From a virus (Duplodnaviria; Caudoviricetes), in the IMG/VR virus record IMGVR_UViG_3300032326_000835, positions 1 to 52,366 of that record: a stretch of 52,366 nucleotides of DNA; one strand, written 5' to 3'. Below are positions 49,606 through 52,366 of the stretch, in pieces. Within the stretch, counting starts at the first letter, position 1. Every line of letters begins with the position of its first letter. Under the pieces are notes generated by a model. That model was given only the letters and a program-made list of their open reading frames with translations, did not search any database and was not told the DNA's origin. The position numbers and the translations under genes are program-made.

Positions 49606-49830
49606 ATTCTAGCAGAGGGGTCTGACATTTTGGGCACTTATTTGCTTAGGCTCACTGTGATACTGGTCACATTTATTTGCTAAGGCTCATTGCTTTATTA
49701 GTCATTATTTAATTGTATAAGAGAATCTTATCACAAAAATATTAAAAAGTCAAGCCCAAACACGGCGTGTCGTAAGTGATTAATCTCACATTAGTTGTAC
49801 ACAGCCTGTGGATAACTTTTGCCACGTTCA
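49606..49830 (-). promoter_or_regulatory. regulatory module: PafBC-type promoter 7, two CRP boxes, GACAC motif, DnaA box, CACGT
   Basis: Promoter 49606-49627; CRP 49656, 49775; GGCGTGTCG 49764; TGTGGATAA 49807; CACGT 49823. Confidence 0.75.
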
Positions 49831-50666
49831 AAATTATTCGCCTTTCACGAATAAATAGGATCCAATAAAAAAAGAAATAAAAGAAAACCAAAACAATGCA
49901 TTACCACTTGCAAAAAAAGTTTGATAAAAATTATTCATTAGTTACCCCATTCTAAAAAATAAAATAAAAAATTAATTAAAATGTTTGCGTGTGATGTTAG
50001 CATTTCAATTGTTGCTAAATCTTTTGCTTCATTTATCCAATCAAGATATTGAAATATGTCTGCAAATAGTGAGTTTATGTTCATTTATTGTTCACTCACC
50101 TTTTCTAATTCGTTGCGAAATGATTCCGCAGTTTCATGTTGTTGTTTCAATGTGAGTGAAGCCCACAAGTAACCCATTAGGTAAGCGTTGCCACTATCTA
50201 CATCGCCACGAATATCTTGTGACATAGATTTTACATATTGAAGTAATTGCATATCAGTCATTAGTTGTAACTCCTTTTACATTCTGAACATAGGTAATTT
50301 AATTTGCAATAGCAACCTGCATATACAGGTTCTGGATTTTCATAGTAGTCATCATAGTAATTCATAGATTATCCCCAACATTCTGAACAAGTAGCGGTTA
50401 AAAGTTTTGCATCTGCGAGAGCAACTTCAACAGTAGGCTCTTCGCAAATTTGACAAGATAAAGTTATCATTTCTTTTTGCATTAGTTTTCACACTCACAT
50501 TCTGAGGCAGATAGGTCAAAGTCGCAATATTGGCAACCTTGAAATTCAAAGTGTTCATCGCAATAAATTGCGGTTTGCATTTCTTCGCAACACAAGAATT
50601 GTTTTGTGCCACGCAAGAAAACTTTTGTTAAAGGCATATGAGAAAGAATAAGTGTAGGTGTACTCA

Positions 50667-50852
50667 TTAGTTAGACACCTTCCACTTAGACCATGGAGAA
50701 AATGGGTTTTCAATATCAGCCCATCTTTCAATGTTCTGTTCACACTCTGTACAGAATGTAAATTGTTCATCAAATGCCATGTTGCAGACAGTTGAGATAG
50801 CGGACATTTGAGGTGTATGCATTTCGCATACTGTAGTTTTTAGTGAAGTCAT
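50667..50852 (-). CDS. small Zn-binding protein (paralog of 51663-51845)
   Basis: CxxH..TFCTECEQNIE..WSKWKVS. Confidence 0.65.
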   Translation of the reverse strand: MTSLKTTVCEMHTPQMSAISTVCNMAFDEQFTFCTECEQNIERWADIENPFSPWSKWKVSN

Positions 50853-50907
50853 TTTAGACTTCCTTTCTTTAAGGGGCTTACTTCTTTTTCAACCTTCTAT
50901 ATATAGA

Positions 50908-51055
50908 AGTATAACAGAGGGGTCTGACATCTACTGGAGAGTAATCATACCAAAACGGACATTTTGAAATGTGACTTACATCATGTGGATAACTTGAGCG
51001 TAAATCGTAGGTGTGATGTGCATCATGTGGATAACTTTTTGGCACGTGCAAAAAT
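50908..51055 (-). promoter_or_regulatory. regulatory module: PafBC-type promoter 8, CRP-like/DnaA overlaps, CACGTGC
   Basis: Promoter 50908-50929; TGTGA-N6-TCA overlapping TGTGGATAA at 50984 and 51026; CACGTGC 51043. Confidence 0.75.
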
Positions 51056-51662
51056 TGCAGAGTGTGAATCTGCAAGATTTGTTTTTATTTATTTATAGTC
51101 TTTAAAAATTTCTTCTAAAGTTTTAATTTGATCATTTGTTAAATGGTCAATGTTGATTGCATTTGCAAATCCGAAAATATCTTTTTCCATTTACTGAATC
51201 TCCTCTACATGAAAAGCGTTAAACTTTTCAATTTCGTTTTCGCTAAGTGGATAGAGCGATTTTTGTAGAGCGAATACCGCTCTCATTTCATCTTCTGCCT
51301 CTACAGCATAAGAAATAAGCACATTATATTTAGTCATTTATTTGACTCCTTTATATAGAAAATCCCAAGCCTTACGGCACATTAAAATTGACTCACAGTT
51401 ATCGCAACAGATAACACCATGAGGGTTAAGGTCTACATCATAGACATCAACAGAGGCGAAAGATTTGCCACATACAGAGGCAAGATTTACGAAACTACTC
51501 ATTTATTTACTCCTTCAAATAGTTCTTTACACTTATTAGGATTTTCCCAATAAGGCTGACCCTCATGATAGAGGGCGGGGGCTAATACAACCTGACCGCA
51601 GGGGCATAAGTTCATCATGCCTTTGGGGTAATTGTTTACCGTAGGAAAGCGAGTCCAAATAC

Positions 51663-51845
51663 TCATTGAGACACCTTCCATTCTGACCAACCACTTAGTC
51701 GGTCTGAGTCATAGTCCATATACCATGACTCTATATTATTTTCACATTCCATGCAGAATGTATAAGCCACATCATTGTGAAATTCAACCGCTGGCTTGAA
51801 CGGCTTATGAGTAACGCATATTGCGTTAGTTGTTAGTGTAGTCAT
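51663..51845 (-). CDS. small Zn-binding protein
   Basis: CxxH..TFCMECENNIE..WSEWKVS; AAAGGTGG RBS. Confidence 0.65.
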   Translation of the reverse strand: MTTLTTNAICVTHKPFKPAVEFHNDVAYTFCMECENNIESWYMDYDSDRLSGWSEWKVSQ

Positions 51846-51900
51846 ATTGACCACCTTTCTTTAGCGGATTTCTTTACCGCTTGTTTTTCTTTATATGATA

Positions 51901-52134
51901 ATTATAGCAGGGGGGTCTGACATCTACTAGCCAGTAACTATGCTAAAACGGACATTTTGATTTGTGAATCACATCACATTTTCGGGGGAATTATAACAAT
52001 AAAGTAACAATACTAACATTAACGGCGTGTCGATTTGACAAGGTCGACGTGCGATCAGTGTGGTGTATATCACATAGAAAATGTCCGATTTGTCCGTGTC
52101 TAAACTTGACTTTTTGAGATTTCTGTGCTATACT
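51901..52134. promoter_or_regulatory. divergent regulatory module: PafBC-type promoter 9 (-) and sigmaA promoter (+)
   Basis: TGTCAG-N10-TATAAT 51901-51922; CRP 51963, 52059; GGCGTGTCG 52024; GACGTGC 52046; TTGACT-N17-TATACT near 52106. Confidence 0.72.
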
Positions 52135-52250
52135 TCTAGTATAAGAAAAATTAAATAAGAATAAATCCTAGTGAGCCTTAGAAATAAGCAAATAACCTAG
52201 GTCAAGGAAAAAGATAACACAAGGTTATCAAAAAAAGAAAGGAGTTCAAT

Positions 52251-52366
52251 ATGAACTCACTAAATGAATACAATGAAAGTATCCGCAAGGATATCGCCCT
52301 CGATTTCGGATTAGAGGCAGGTGGCTATGCCCCTAGCCCTAAGATGATACCTATACGCATAGCACA
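52251..52366 (+). CDS. hypothetical protein, 3' truncated
   Basis: GAAAGGAG RBS, then ATGAACTCA.. open to window end. Confidence 0.55.
   Translation, partial: MNSLNEYNESIRKDIALDFGLEAGGYAPSPKMIPIRIA

Overview
A 52 kb segment of a large, AT-rich tailed dsDNA phage genome. The host is most likely an actinobacterium (whiB, actinobacterial regulator sites, many leaderless genes), and the gene content resembles freshwater actinophages. The left part (1-28.4 kb, + strand) encodes DnaE polymerase (5' truncated), RecA-like recombinase, two resolvases, a Cas4-like exonuclease, terminase subunits, two large secreted proteins, peptidases, a carbamoyltransferase, a CHAP endolysin, WhiB, 2OG-Fe(II) oxygenases, Hsp20, two candidate ncRNAs and an HNH nuclease. 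From 28.5 kb almost everything is on the - strand: a tRNA cluster, modification enzymes, an origin-like repeat region (~37.6-38.4 kb) and a 14 kb arm of small-gene cassettes. The most notable signals are non-coding: (1) nine exact TGTCAG-N10-TANNNT promoters matching the PafBC/RecA-independent DNA-damage promoter; (2) a repeated intergenic module combining CRP boxes, a GACAC (WhiA-like) motif, DnaA boxes and an ACGT core; (3) seven copies of a small RNA pseudoknot with compensatory base changes. All calls were made by eye, with no database searches. Many small hypothetical ORFs are not listed.
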